Sequence record: PZ445551.1
Source: a phage
DNA: 64,000 nucleotides
Strand: one strand, 5' to 3'
Below the pieces are notes generated by a model. The model saw nothing but the letters and a program-made list of their open reading frames with translations, searched no databases and was not told the origin of the DNA. The translations under genes and the position numbers were made by a program. Shown here piece after piece: positions 1-9,326 of the stretch (positions are counted from its first letter, which is position 1; each line of letters begins with the position of its first letter).

Positions 1-30
1 GTGGATGCTATTGTTGCTAAACGCACATAA
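1..30 (+). CDS. 3' end of an upstream gene (partial; frame 1 runs from window edge to TAA at 28-30)
   Basis: Open frame entering from the window edge, followed directly by a terminator hairpin. Confidence 0.3.
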   Translation: MDAIVAKRT

Positions 31-33
31 TCA

Positions 34-58
34 AAGCCCCTTCGGGGGCTTATTGTTT
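34..58 (+). terminator. Rho-independent terminator (AGCCCC-ttcg-GGGGCT + T-rich tail)
   Basis: Perfect GC stem with UUCG tetraloop followed by TATTGTTT, sits just upstream of the RBS of the 70-2898 gene. Confidence 0.6.
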
Positions 59-69
59 AAGGAGATTAA

Positions 70-2898
70 ATGTATCCTATTCCTTTATTTATGTCAACAA
101 CATCAGCTTCAGTAGTAACAGCTACATCTATAACCACTTCCTCTATTGGTATTGCAATAGTTGGTAGTAAAAAACAACTGACATATACAGTTACACCCGA
201 AGATGGTGCGTTATTTGATATAGCTTTTTCATCTTCAGATAATACCAAAATGGTTATAGATAATAATGGTATGATGGAGTTTGTTGCTGAAGGTGGTTTT
301 GATGCAATAATGACAGCTAAAAATAATTTAGGTGCTGTCTTAACTGATCAATCTGGTGGTTATGCTTCAGAATTAAGTGTGTACACTGAAAGTCTATCGG
401 CTATGGATGTAGGCACTACTCAACAGTTGGTTGCTACAATCAGTCCAGAAGGTGCTAAAGACCTTCCAGACATGGTAATTACATACACCACAACAGATCC
501 AGAAGTAGCTACTGTAAGCCCTACAGGATTAATAACTGCTCTTAAAGATGGCAATTGCCGTATAGGTTGTACTGCAACGTATCAAGGAACAGTTGTGGCC
601 TCTGATAGTTCTTATTTAGGTGTTAATGCTATTCCTGTTATTTCTAATGTAACAGCCGTGGCAAACAGTTATGGAGACGTTCGTGTTGCTTGGGATGTAA
701 CTGATCCGCTAGACGGTGATACTTATACTGTAGAAGTATTAGATTTAAGTAATAACAGTGTCCAATGGACTACAACAACCACGAATACTTACGCCTACTT
801 TGATATCTCTGACTCTATTCCTCTTTATGGGTTTGCTCCAACATACCTTAAAATTAGCGTTAAGAGCACCAAAGCAGCAGCCGTTATCTTTAATAATTCA
901 ATAGCTACAGATGATTCATTCATTAAAGAAGTTATTGTCTTTGCTGGACAAGATAACGTAAATGCACACTTTACAGAACTATCTGGTGCAAATAAAGCAG
1001 CAATGAGTAGCACAACAGCCCGTAATGCATATGCTACGCAACGTGGTTTAGCAAATGCTGAAGTTCTTCCGTTAAATACAGCTTCTGGATCATCAGCAGC
1101 AGATAAATATGCAGATGATAAAGCTGGAACAGGTACACCAGACAACTACTGGTATGATCTGGATAACACAGCAGATGGGCCATGTTTAACTAACTTTATC
1201 ACTAAAGTCACACCTTATGCAAGTAAGGTTAAAGCAATTATTTGGGGACAAGGTGAAAATGATGCTGTATCAGCATCTTCAACTGTTGCAGGTAGGTACA
1301 GTAACACTACACGTTACCATGATGCCACGATAGCCATTTTTGATAAGATGCGTACAATAGTTCCTGCTTCTCAAGCAAAAATTGTTTGGCAGATCCTAGG
1401 ACGTTCTTATTTATATGGTGTAGAAGTTAATGGTGTGGATTGGCAGAAGTACAGAAATGTACAAAGAACCATCTCTACAGCACGTGATGATGTTATCATT
1501 GGTTCTTGGGTAGATGGTGCTGAACGTTACAGTGGCTATGTTTATGAAGAAGGTATTGATGGTCGTATCCATTATGTTTCTTCTGTATACCAAACAGCAG
1601 CTACAAAACTTGCTAAATCGGCAGCAGACGGTACAGACTTAACATCAACGTCACCTGTTTGGGTTGATATGGCTGTTCCAACTGGAGCAACAGCTACTTC
1701 CCAACCTAATCAAGATACAATTTTAGCATGGGATGCTCAAGGCTATAGTAAACACTACTTCCGTAATATTAACGTCTTAACCGCATCTGTATTAACTGAA
1801 CAAACGCTTAATACGAACAGTTATACGTTTACCTATGCAGATCAAGTAGAACAATATGGTTTTGCAGCAGGAACTACTATATTTGATGTTGCATATTATG
1901 ATGAAGCAAATGATGTGTTATCTCCTTTAGTACGTTTTAATGTTAACGTTACAGCAGGAACCGTAGAAGATAAACCTGTCGTGATGGACTATGATTTGAC
2001 GCAAGAAACTCTTCCAGCAGATGTGCGCGTAAACAGGAGCAACCATTATGCTAGGGCTTCTGGAGATATCCTTGTACCGACAGAGGTTTCTGCTCCTATA
2101 GCACCTTTAGAATATATTGGTACAACGCCACAAGGTAGACGTGTTGTAGCAGCCAGCCGTACATATATCTTTGTCAACAATAACTTGACAACAGCTTCCC
2201 CGTGGTTGAAGACGAACTTGACAGTTACAGCATCAACAATCAACTCTCCGGTTGGAACTACAGCTAACACTTACAAGTTAACACCTTCTACAACTTCAGG
2301 ACAACATATTTTATCAGCGGTGAATACAGCTTCTGATATTACAGCAGGTAAACAATGGGCTGCATCTGTATTCTTGAAGCCAGACGGGATCACTAAAGTG
2401 AAGCTCAAATTGACTTCAGGAGATGAGGTTAACGAAGGGACTTATGATCTTGAAGCTGGAACATTTACAGGCACAGATGCAAATATGATCGACATGGGGA
2501 ATGGTTGGTATCGTGTAATCTTACATAAAGTAACGATTGCTAAACAAGCCTCTATGACTTATGAGATTATAGCTTTGAATGCCAGTGGATCAGACACTTT
2601 TGCAGGAGACGGCACTGGAGGTCTTATTGCTTGGGTTCCACAACTTGAAATGGGTGATATGACAAACCCAGTTTGGGCGGGGACACCATTTGTTTGTACT
2701 TATGCACGAGACACAGATAGTGCTGCCACCTTCACTATTCCTAAGAACGGACACACTGGCGTGGATATTTACCACACAGATGGAACTGTGCAAAGAGAGA
2801 TTTTCACTGGCACAGCTACTACTTGGATGTTGTCATTCAACGCCGCAAGTGCGGATTGGGGATCGAAATTCATTTCTGGTTTGAAATATTACGACTAA
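70..2898 (+). CDS. Tail fibre / receptor-binding protein with Ig-like (BIG2-type) domain and a possible carbohydrate-esterase (sialate-O-acetylesterase/SGNH-like) domain
   Basis: 942-aa ORF with SD aaggag upstream; Thr/Ser-rich N-terminus; BIG2-like motif (TGLITALKDGNCRIGCTATYQG); W-QGEND esterase-like motif in the middle; terminator immediately downstream. Confidence 0.65.
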   Translation: MYPIPLFMSTTSASVVTATSITTSSIGIAIVGSKKQLTYTVTPEDGALFDIAFSSSDNTKMVIDNNGMMEFVAEGGFDAIMTAKNNLGAVLTDQSGGYASELSVYTESLSAMDVGTTQQLVATISPEGAKDLPDMVITYTTTDPEVATVSPTGLITALKDGNCRIGCTATYQGTVVASDSSYLGVNAIPVISNVTAVANSYGDVRVAWDVTDPLDGDTYTVEVLDLSNNSVQWTTTTTNTYAYFDISDSIPLYGFAPTYLKISVKSTKAAAVIFNNSIATDDSFIKEVIVFAGQDNVNAHFTELSGANKAAMSSTTARNAYATQRGLANAEVLPLNTASGSSAADKYADDKAGTGTPDNYWYDLDNTADGPCLTNFITKVTPYASKVKAIIWGQGENDAVSASSTVAGRYSNTTRYHDATIAIFDKMRTIVPASQAKIVWQILGRSYLYGVEVNGVDWQKYRNVQRTISTARDDVIIGSWVDGAERYSGYVYEEGIDGRIHYVSSVYQTAATKLAKSAADGTDLTSTSPVWVDMAVPTGATATSQPNQDTILAWDAQGYSKHYFRNINVLTASVLTEQTLNTNSYTFTYADQVEQYGFAAGTTIFDVAYYDEANDVLSPLVRFNVNVTAGTVEDKPVVMDYDLTQETLPADVRVNRSNHYARASGDILVPTEVSAPIAPLEYIGTTPQGRRVVAASRTYIFVNNNLTTASPWLKTNLTVTASTINSPVGTTANTYKLTPSTTSGQHILSAVNTASDITAGKQWAASVFLKPDGITKVKLKLTSGDEVNEGTYDLEAGTFTGTDANMIDMGNGWYRVILHKVTIAKQASMTYEIIALNASGSDTFAGDGTGGLIAWVPQLEMGDMTNPVWAGTPFVCTYARDTDSAATFTIPKNGHTGVDIYHTDGTVQREIFTGTATTWMLSFNAASADWGSKFISGLKYYD

Positions 2899-2900
2899 TA

Positions 2901-2930
2901 AAAAAGGAGCCTATTGGCTCCTTTTCTTTT
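2901..2930. terminator. Bidirectional intrinsic terminator (AGGAGCC-tatt-GGCTCCT flanked by A-run and T-run)
   Basis: Perfect 7-bp stem between convergent genes, with T tracts on both strands. Confidence 0.6.
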
Positions 2931-2933
2931 ATC

Positions 2934-3314
2934 TTAATCAGTGAAAATTACGCTTACATCTTCTTTAGAAAAGAGTTTATGATCTTCACCTTTTGTCTCA
3001 AGAGTTTCATACAGGTTAAGAAGTTCTGAAACATCTTTCTCTACCAGTTTCTTCAATGTTGCAATTTTCTGTTTGCGACTCTTAATACGTTCAGCTACAA
3101 CCTTACGTTGGTATCCAGCAGTACGATAACCTGAGAAAGTTACACCAGTGAGACTTGCAGTTACAGGATCGTAATGACGTTCAATCTGAAATTTATTAAA
3201 AGGTACAGCGTCATCACGAATAATCTTCCCGCCATTACTTACTTGACGAAGACCAGTAACTTGTTCTAGTCGTGCCATAGAAATCTTTGGAGACAGACCA
3301 GAGTCCAGGTTCAT
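2934..3314 (-). CDS. Hypothetical protein (longest ORF extends to 3365; start uncertain)
   Basis: ORF on the same strand as neighbours; internal ATG at 3314 avoids a 44-nt overlap with the upstream methyltransferase gene. Confidence 0.55.
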   Translation of the reverse strand: MNLDSGLSPKISMARLEQVTGLRQVSNGGKIIRDDAVPFNKFQIERHYDPVTASLTGVTFSGYRTAGYQRKVVAERIKSRKQKIATLKKLVEKDVSELLNLYETLETKGEDHKLFSKEDVSVIFTD

Positions 3315-3321
3315 ACCATTG

Positions 3322-4053
3322 TTAATCAGTGCTTTCAGGGTGATTTTGCTGTTCAGTGTACTCATTTAGTCGTTCCTCCGCTTGCTTAAAAATATTTACA
3401 TCGGCTTCACAGCCTAAGTATTCTCTACCTGTTAAAAGTGCCGCAACTTGTGTTGTTGCACTTCCAGAGAAGAAGTCTAAGACTACATCTCCTTCGTTGG
3501 TGTGTATATTAATAAGGTCACAAAACAAAGTCAAGTGTTTTTGTGTTGGATGAAAACGATCTGCTCCTTGATAGATAGGATACTCAAACACACCCTTATG
3601 GTAGGAAGCATTGAAGGTTGGCTTAGAACCTTTAACACAAACAATAGCCATTTCTTTAGCGTTACTAAGATAGTTAACACCACTGTTGATGGGTACAGGG
3701 TTTGTTTTAATCCATTCGATAGTACGGAACATACGAAAACCAAGCGGTTCAAGGATTTCACGTAGCTCCTGGATCTTCCAGATATCATACCAAACTATGC
3801 AAGTACCACCTTTTCTAAGCACCCTATAGGCTTCTTTGAATACTTCTTTAAAGTAAGGAATATCTACAACATCCCAATCACCAAAGTTGTAAGATACACG
3901 GAATCTATCCGTATCTTTTCCAGTAGGCTCTCCAGACTGAAAATTTGTGTCACGAGAAATAGCATATGGTGGGTCAGTAAGAATCAAATCTACACTATTG
4001 CTTTCGAGGGTTTGCAGGTAGTTTAATGCAGTGTTGTTTACAAATTCGCTCAT
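3322..4053 (-). CDS. DNA methyltransferase (beta-class N6-adenine / N4-cytosine, DPPY motif)
   Basis: Motif IV DLILTDPPY precedes motif I FFSGSATT; SD GGAG upstream of ATG. Confidence 0.8.
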   Translation of the reverse strand: MSEFVNNTALNYLQTLESNSVDLILTDPPYAISRDTNFQSGEPTGKDTDRFRVSYNFGDWDVVDIPYFKEVFKEAYRVLRKGGTCIVWYDIWKIQELREILEPLGFRMFRTIEWIKTNPVPINSGVNYLSNAKEMAIVCVKGSKPTFNASYHKGVFEYPIYQGADRFHPTQKHLTLFCDLINIHTNEGDVVLDFFSGSATTQVAALLTGREYLGCEADVNIFKQAEERLNEYTEQQNHPESTD

Positions 4054-4063
4054 TATATCTCCT

Positions 4064-4091
4064 TCAAAGAAAAGGAGCCGTTAGGCTCCTT
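4064..4091 (-). terminator. Intrinsic terminator (AAGGAGCC-taac-GGCTCCTT + U-tract on minus strand)
   Basis: GC stem-loop followed by TTTTCTTT on the minus strand, between 4114-5061 and the methyltransferase start. Confidence 0.5.
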
Positions 4092-4113
4092 ATATTCACA
4101 CAATACTTAACTA

Positions 4114-5061
4114 TTAGAAACAGTGCAGGAAGTTTCGACCATACTGCAAACCAATAGGAGCAAATGGGATATCATCATCGAAATCTTGAACAACAGGTTC
4201 TGGTTCTTTCGGTGCTGGCTCTTTCTTCTCTACTTTTTTAGTTTCTTTCTTAACTTCTTGTACTGGGGTAGACATTCCACGGATAGCAGCAGCTACTTTA
4301 TCAGACAAAGCAAGAACTTCACGAGCAGCTTCAATAATCTCTTCTGCCGTTACAGTTTTACCTGTATGATCACGACAAGCGTTAAGAATTGCGTGTCCAA
4401 CTGAAGCACCAAGATCATAGTCAGTCACATCAACGCCACGATCTTTAGCAATTTCTGCTTTCAGAGTAACAGTTGCAGATTGTACCACACCAGCCAAGTC
4501 GAAAGCATCACCTTTCACACCAGCACGTAGAAGCTCCAGAGCGCCGTTTACAGCGTGTCCTGTTTCAATCCCTACGGTATCACGTTTTTTGTAGTTAGGC
4601 TTGCTACCTTCGTTATTAGATGGCTTATTTCCACCTTTTGAAGAAGATTGTGCTTGCTGAACACCTTCTGTTGAAAGAATAGTGATTTTACCTTTAGAGG
4701 AATTGTAGTATGTTTTGCCATTCCATTCAGAAGGTTTAACATCCATAGTTAGTTCTACACCTTTTTCGATAGTAACCCACTTGTCACCATCTTTAACTTG
4801 CAGGTTTTCATGTTCTGGATGCAGCTTAACTTCACCTAGGCTAACCCAAACACCTTTATCATCAGCACTAGCACCTTTCTCTTTAATAAGCAGAGATGCT
4901 TTGTGAGTTGATTCAATTTTCTTATCTGGCTGACCTGCAACCTTAATATAAGAGACTTTCATTTCATCAAACTTATCCAGTTTGACATATTCAACGATAC
5001 CTTCAGCCCAGAATGCTTCTTTTTTAGTACGACGGTCGATTTCAGAATTAATTACTGGCAT
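4114..5061 (-). CDS. Putative DNA-binding protein carrying an E. coli SSB C-terminal-tip motif (DFDDDIPF) 15 residues from its end
   Basis: 315-aa ORF; Gly/Ser/Asn-rich linker; Lys/Glu-rich tail; exact DFDDDIPF octapeptide followed by APIGLQYGRNFLHCF (frame re-checked by hand). Confidence 0.65.
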   Translation of the reverse strand: MPVINSEIDRRTKKEAFWAEGIVEYVKLDKFDEMKVSYIKVAGQPDKKIESTHKASLLIKEKGASADDKGVWVSLGEVKLHPEHENLQVKDGDKWVTIEKGVELTMDVKPSEWNGKTYYNSSKGKITILSTEGVQQAQSSSKGGNKPSNNEGSKPNYKKRDTVGIETGHAVNGALELLRAGVKGDAFDLAGVVQSATVTLKAEIAKDRGVDVTDYDLGASVGHAILNACRDHTGKTVTAEEIIEAAREVLALSDKVAAAIRGMSTPVQEVKKETKKVEKKEPAPKEPEPVVQDFDDDIPFAPIGLQYGRNFLHCF

Positions 5062-5077
5062 AAATTCTCCTCTATAA

Positions 5078-5476
5078 TTACATTACTTTAACACAAAACT
5101 CTCGTAAAAGAGTAGCGTCAGTTTCTTCCAACAGGTATTTACCAAGACCAATACCAAATCCTATTTCACCACTTTCGAAATGGAGGATTTGTATCTTTTC
5201 TCCACCAAGGTTAATTACTTTTGCTTTTCCAGGATTATCCAAAACATCTCGTATTGTATCCTGTAGTAGCATTAGTTCACGTTTTGTGATAGTGGTTTCA
5301 GATATCTCTTTGTTTTCTACTCTCACTGTTAAACGGTTGTATCCACCAAAGAGACATAGTATTTGAATAAAAAAGGTATTATCTTGAGGTTCAACATCTT
5401 TTTTAGTTAGCTCAAGACGATTAGTTTCTCTACTATAGAACGTCTCGACTAAGATTTTAGAACGATTATCTGTCAT
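5078..5476 (-). CDS. Hypothetical protein
   Basis: 132-aa ORF in the replication-gene operon, tightly spaced with neighbours. Confidence 0.55.
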   Translation of the reverse strand: MTDNRSKILVETFYSRETNRLELTKKDVEPQDNTFFIQILCLFGGYNRLTVRVENKEISETTITKRELMLLQDTIRDVLDNPGKAKVINLGGEKIQILHFESGEIGFGIGLGKYLLEETDATLLREFCVKVM

Positions 5477-5519
5477 TCAAGTCCTCATAATAACACATAA
5501 TTATAATGTTTGTCAACAC

Positions 5520-6113
5520 TTAAATTTTAAATTCTTCACTGTTAAATGAATCCAGTGTACGTACTTCTGGTTCTTTGGGAATGAAAACGTCTTTTACAAA
5601 GCGGAACATAGGGAAACGTTCTGCCATTTTACGGACGTGTGCTTCTTTACCTGTGTATCGGTGATTAATAGTACAAATATTAGTTTTCAGTGCAAATTCA
5701 AAGTCTGGATGATATACATAATTTTGACCATCCCAGTAACACAAGCAAATAGCTACATCAAAGTTCCATACGATTTCACTGCGTACACCCTCTTCCATGA
5801 TCATAAAGTTAAACTTAAGATCTTTATAGTATGCTTCAAATACCCATTTCAAATGTGGTAGTTCGGCATAAGTGTGTTCTGTTTGCTTAGTAAGTTGTTT
5901 AACATTACGTGCACCAACACCCAACATCAAAAATTTCTCTACTAATACGAGTGTATTGTGGTTAGGCATACGCAAGTAAATGTCAATATCTTGCGCAGGT
6001 TTCTCTAATCGCCAATCACGTACAGCGCCGCCAGCTACAATTGCAAACGGATCTACCAGTTGGCACATACGTAATACTTCTAAAGCTCGTACTTTTTGAT
6101 CTTCAATATTCAT
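5520..6113 (-). CDS. Minimal nucleotidyltransferase (Pol-beta superfamily, GGAVRD head motif as in CCA-adding enzymes / poly(A) polymerases)
   Basis: N-terminal AIVAGGAVRDWRL...DIDIY matches the class II tRNA-nucleotidyltransferase head signature; 197 aa. Confidence 0.6.
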   Translation of the reverse strand: MNIEDQKVRALEVLRMCQLVDPFAIVAGGAVRDWRLEKPAQDIDIYLRMPNHNTLVLVEKFLMLGVGARNVKQLTKQTEHTYAELPHLKWVFEAYYKDLKFNFMIMEEGVRSEIVWNFDVAICLCYWDGQNYVYHPDFEFALKTNICTINHRYTGKEAHVRKMAERFPMFRFVKDVFIPKEPEVRTLDSFNSEEFKI

Positions 6114-6250
6114 ATTTTCTCCTATCTCTTATGGTCTTTGCGTTATTCTAGATGTTCAAACATCTAATTATGAAATGGTTTAAAAGTGCGGAACAACCTT
6201 GGCAATTACAGATTGTTCCACATAAAAACTCCTTTAAAATCAAAGATTTG

Positions 6251-8830
6251 TCAATGACAACTAGCCCATGAGTTACCAACATCGTAACCAGCAGTTAGAG
6301 GTACATTAAGATTGTAATACTCACCAGCTTTATTAACAGCGATAGATGCTAATTCTCCAGCACGACTGTAGGCTGTAAACCAACCACCTTTTGGAGACTC
6401 ATGTACGTTAGCCCAAATCTTGCCAGTACGTTTCTCTTCCTCTTCTTTCCAGGCATTAACTTTATCCAAACATTCTTTATCAATTTTCTTTTGTTCTTCT
6501 GGATCATCAACTTGAGTCCAACCTAAAGATTCTTTAGAGAACCATTTAAAATGCACCAGATCACGAGTTACTTCAAGCTGTGCTTCATCGTGATATGCAA
6601 TCATTTGTTGAACGAATGACTTATTTTTCCAGTCATCAACAAAAAAGTCAACAGCTAATCCTTCTTCTTCGATAAGATCGTCGTAGATAACCATTGCTCT
6701 TTTTGCACAAATAACACCACCGCTCTGGAACAGGGAGTTAAGTATTGCGTGTGCAGATCGTGTAGGTACTTTCCTACCATCAATACCAAGAATGTATTTC
6801 TTACCTGTTTTAACCCAAAAGTCATGCAGACGTTCTTTAAGAAGAGCAAGAGGCTTTGCAGCTTCCCAGAAAGCATCGTATACAAGCTGTCCTGTATACA
6901 TATCACTACCAATGGTTTTTGCTACTTTTGCAGCTTGAGCACCATAAGTAATACCATACTTAACAGATTTAGCAGGGCTTCGTTCAAACTTACGACCAAT
7001 AGTATCAGAAATACGTCGAGCCATCATTGTATGAACATCATTAGGTTTTTCCAACAATAGAGCATTACAATATTCGTGTGGTTCCTGCTCGTACCGCCAA
7101 CAGTAGTGTGATTCTATTTTTGCCTCAAGAGAATCAAAGTCATAACCAATTTGGAAGTATTTTGGAACTTCTACACCAAATAAGTTACGCATTTCATATC
7201 CGTACAGAGATGTTACACGTGGGATATTTGCTACTAACCTATGTTTCATACGAGATGTAGCTGCATCACACGTTGCAGCAGGAGTTGGTATACGACCATC
7301 AGCCCTTACTGCTGCCAGATAACCCTTATCGTAATCCTCTTCATCTTCTTCCCAATCAGCACCACCCCCTAGAATAGAGTTCCTACGGTGTTTATACGTA
7401 AGATACTGCACAATCTGCGTAGCATAAGGAAACTTTTCACCTAGTGCTTCCAAGTTAGGACAAATATCCTTCTCTTGCCCTTTTGTAAAGGAAGGGTTAG
7501 TAAGCACTTTAACACCACGACCTTTAGCTTTAGCAATACGATCTCTTAGTTTCCATTCCAAAGTTTCTGGTGTGCACTCCAGATGATCACATCTATCCTG
7601 GCAGAAGTTAGATGCTAATGTTTGATCAACATAGTCACGAATAGCTTTCTCCATTTGTGCTTCATCTTTCTTAATCTTAGTGCCAGATTTAAGAGTGATA
7701 TCTTTATCTTTATATTCAGATGGACTCCAACCTAAACCAACTAACCAATTTTTAATATGTGTAGTGTCATCTAAAGTAGCAGGTACTGTAGGATCACAAA
7801 TAGGTTCTTCTGCTGGAATAGGTAGTTTAAACTCTTTACCTAATGCAAATAACCACCAACCATCTTCTTTTTGTACAAGTTCACCAGAATGTTTCTCTGC
7901 AAACTTTATCATGTTACTTGAAGGTTCACCATTCTTTTTAAACTGTAGTTTAGGTGGAATGAATGATTTCAAATAACCTTTAGTAGCAGGTTTAGGAGGT
8001 AGTACAGGTTCTGCCTCTAAACGACATGCTTCCATTCGAGCATCCAGATCACGAATATTATCTTCTGCTTGTTTCATATTGAAAGCAAAGCCACGGTGCT
8101 CTTGACGTGTAATAATATCAGCTACACGTTGTTCTAAGTTAAATGGTTCAGACCACTTATTATAATCACCCCACTCTTCCATCAAATAACGGAACACTGC
8201 GGTGTTAGCTTTGTTATCGTAAATACAGTAATACAGCATATCTGCTGCAAATGTTCTAAATCTTTCAGTTTCAGGGATGTTTTTTCTGAAATCAATTTTA
8301 ACATCCCCTCCAGCTTTCTTAGATAACTCTGCCAGACTATGACCACCGAAGCGATCAGGGTTTAGTGTCTTACTTAAGATCATAGTATCACAAATTTCAA
8401 TGTTACTATTACCCCAAGTATTGTACTTAATACTGTAGTTGAGTTTAAAAAATAATTTAATTGCCAGTAAGTCGAAGTTAATGATGTTGTGTCCAACTAC
8501 TTTGGTAATTTTATAGTTTGAATTACCTTTAAATTTACCTGTTCCATTTACAAAATCAGGAAAATCTTTAAGAGGGAAATGGGTATATTCTAAATGCTCA
8601 TATTCCTCCAGTCGGTATTCATACTTTCCGTCAGTCTCAATATACGGACGACCATCGAAAAGATATTTATCACCATCATGGAAAGCAATAATCTCTCCAG
8701 TATCATGACTTTCGCACACAATACAGTGCATTGCAAAACTATCTTTTAAACGATATGGACTTGCCAAGTAATCTACACTTTCGTCATTAAGCAAGTTGTT
8801 ACTTTCAATGTCGAAAGTAAAAGCTCCCAT
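6251..8830 (-). CDS. DNA polymerase, family A (T7 gp5-like) with 3'-5' exonuclease domain
   Basis: Exo I motif FDIES at N-terminus; Pol motif B (RSPAKSVKYGITYG) and motif C (YHDE); 859 aa. Confidence 0.9.
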   Translation of the reverse strand: MGAFTFDIESNNLLNDESVDYLASPYRLKDSFAMHCIVCESHDTGEIIAFHDGDKYLFDGRPYIETDGKYEYRLEEYEHLEYTHFPLKDFPDFVNGTGKFKGNSNYKITKVVGHNIINFDLLAIKLFFKLNYSIKYNTWGNSNIEICDTMILSKTLNPDRFGGHSLAELSKKAGGDVKIDFRKNIPETERFRTFAADMLYYCIYDNKANTAVFRYLMEEWGDYNKWSEPFNLEQRVADIITRQEHRGFAFNMKQAEDNIRDLDARMEACRLEAEPVLPPKPATKGYLKSFIPPKLQFKKNGEPSSNMIKFAEKHSGELVQKEDGWWLFALGKEFKLPIPAEEPICDPTVPATLDDTTHIKNWLVGLGWSPSEYKDKDITLKSGTKIKKDEAQMEKAIRDYVDQTLASNFCQDRCDHLECTPETLEWKLRDRIAKAKGRGVKVLTNPSFTKGQEKDICPNLEALGEKFPYATQIVQYLTYKHRRNSILGGGADWEEDEEDYDKGYLAAVRADGRIPTPAATCDAATSRMKHRLVANIPRVTSLYGYEMRNLFGVEVPKYFQIGYDFDSLEAKIESHYCWRYEQEPHEYCNALLLEKPNDVHTMMARRISDTIGRKFERSPAKSVKYGITYGAQAAKVAKTIGSDMYTGQLVYDAFWEAAKPLALLKERLHDFWVKTGKKYILGIDGRKVPTRSAHAILNSLFQSGGVICAKRAMVIYDDLIEEEGLAVDFFVDDWKNKSFVQQMIAYHDEAQLEVTRDLVHFKWFSKESLGWTQVDDPEEQKKIDKECLDKVNAWKEEEEKRTGKIWANVHESPKGGWFTAYSRAGELASIAVNKAGEYYNLNVPLTAGYDVGNSWASCH

Positions 8831-8900
8831 TCTCCCTCCTTAAAATATTTCTAAAGTCTTAATTTGTTAATACTGTACCATAAATTAATTGTTTTGTAAA

Positions 8901-8914
8901 GGGGCTTTCGCCCC
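8901..8914. other. GC stem-loop (GGGGC-tttc-GCCCC) between a small gene and the polymerase gene
   Basis: Perfect 5-bp GC stem; weak U-tract in the minus (coding) direction, so function (attenuator, RNA stability or processing) is unclear. Confidence 0.35.
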
Positions 8915-8920
8915 TTCTTG

Positions 8921-9316
8921 TTATTTATTGTCAGCACTTAATTGTACTTTAATAAGGCAATTAGGGACACCATTGGTATTTCTCAAGCCTACACGTTCAA
9001 TTTTAACTGTCCCTGTTAAGCCACTAAAAGTGGAAACAATGTTATTAATGTTTTCATCCTTACTAGTGATATCAAGAACAACTTTATCACTAACATTTTT
9101 CAACATACGATCTACAAGCTCTCCCACAAAACCACTGGTAGTTTGAATGAGAAGGTATAGACAACCATCCTCAAACCACAAATGTTCACCATAAGCATAA
9201 CCGTATGGTTCTAATTCTGATCCGTCTTGAAATTTAAACTTAGCAATAGTTTTCGTATAATCATACGCTAAAGCAGAAGGGCATACCCCATAGAGGATAT
9301 TTTCATTGTCTTTCAT
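8921..9316 (-). CDS. Hypothetical protein (start set at internal ATG with strong SD)
   Basis: SD AAGGAG 8 nt upstream of ATG at 9316; the longest ORF would overlap the primase gene by 119 nt. Confidence 0.55.
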   Translation of the reverse strand: MKDNENILYGVCPSALAYDYTKTIAKFKFQDGSELEPYGYAYGEHLWFEDGCLYLLIQTTSGFVGELVDRMLKNVSDKVVLDITSKDENINNIVSTFSGLTGTVKIERVGLRNTNGVPNCLIKVQLSADNK

Positions 9317-9326
9317 ATTTTTCTCC

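Noticed and set aside
825-2884. Several ORFs of 60-110 codons (825-1145, 1411-1593, 2046-2270, 2590-2793 minus; 2690-2884 plus) lying inside the tail-fibre gene
   Set aside because: They sit entirely within a long, well-supported ORF, mostly on the opposite strand, and lack RBS; these are typical spurious antisense ORFs.
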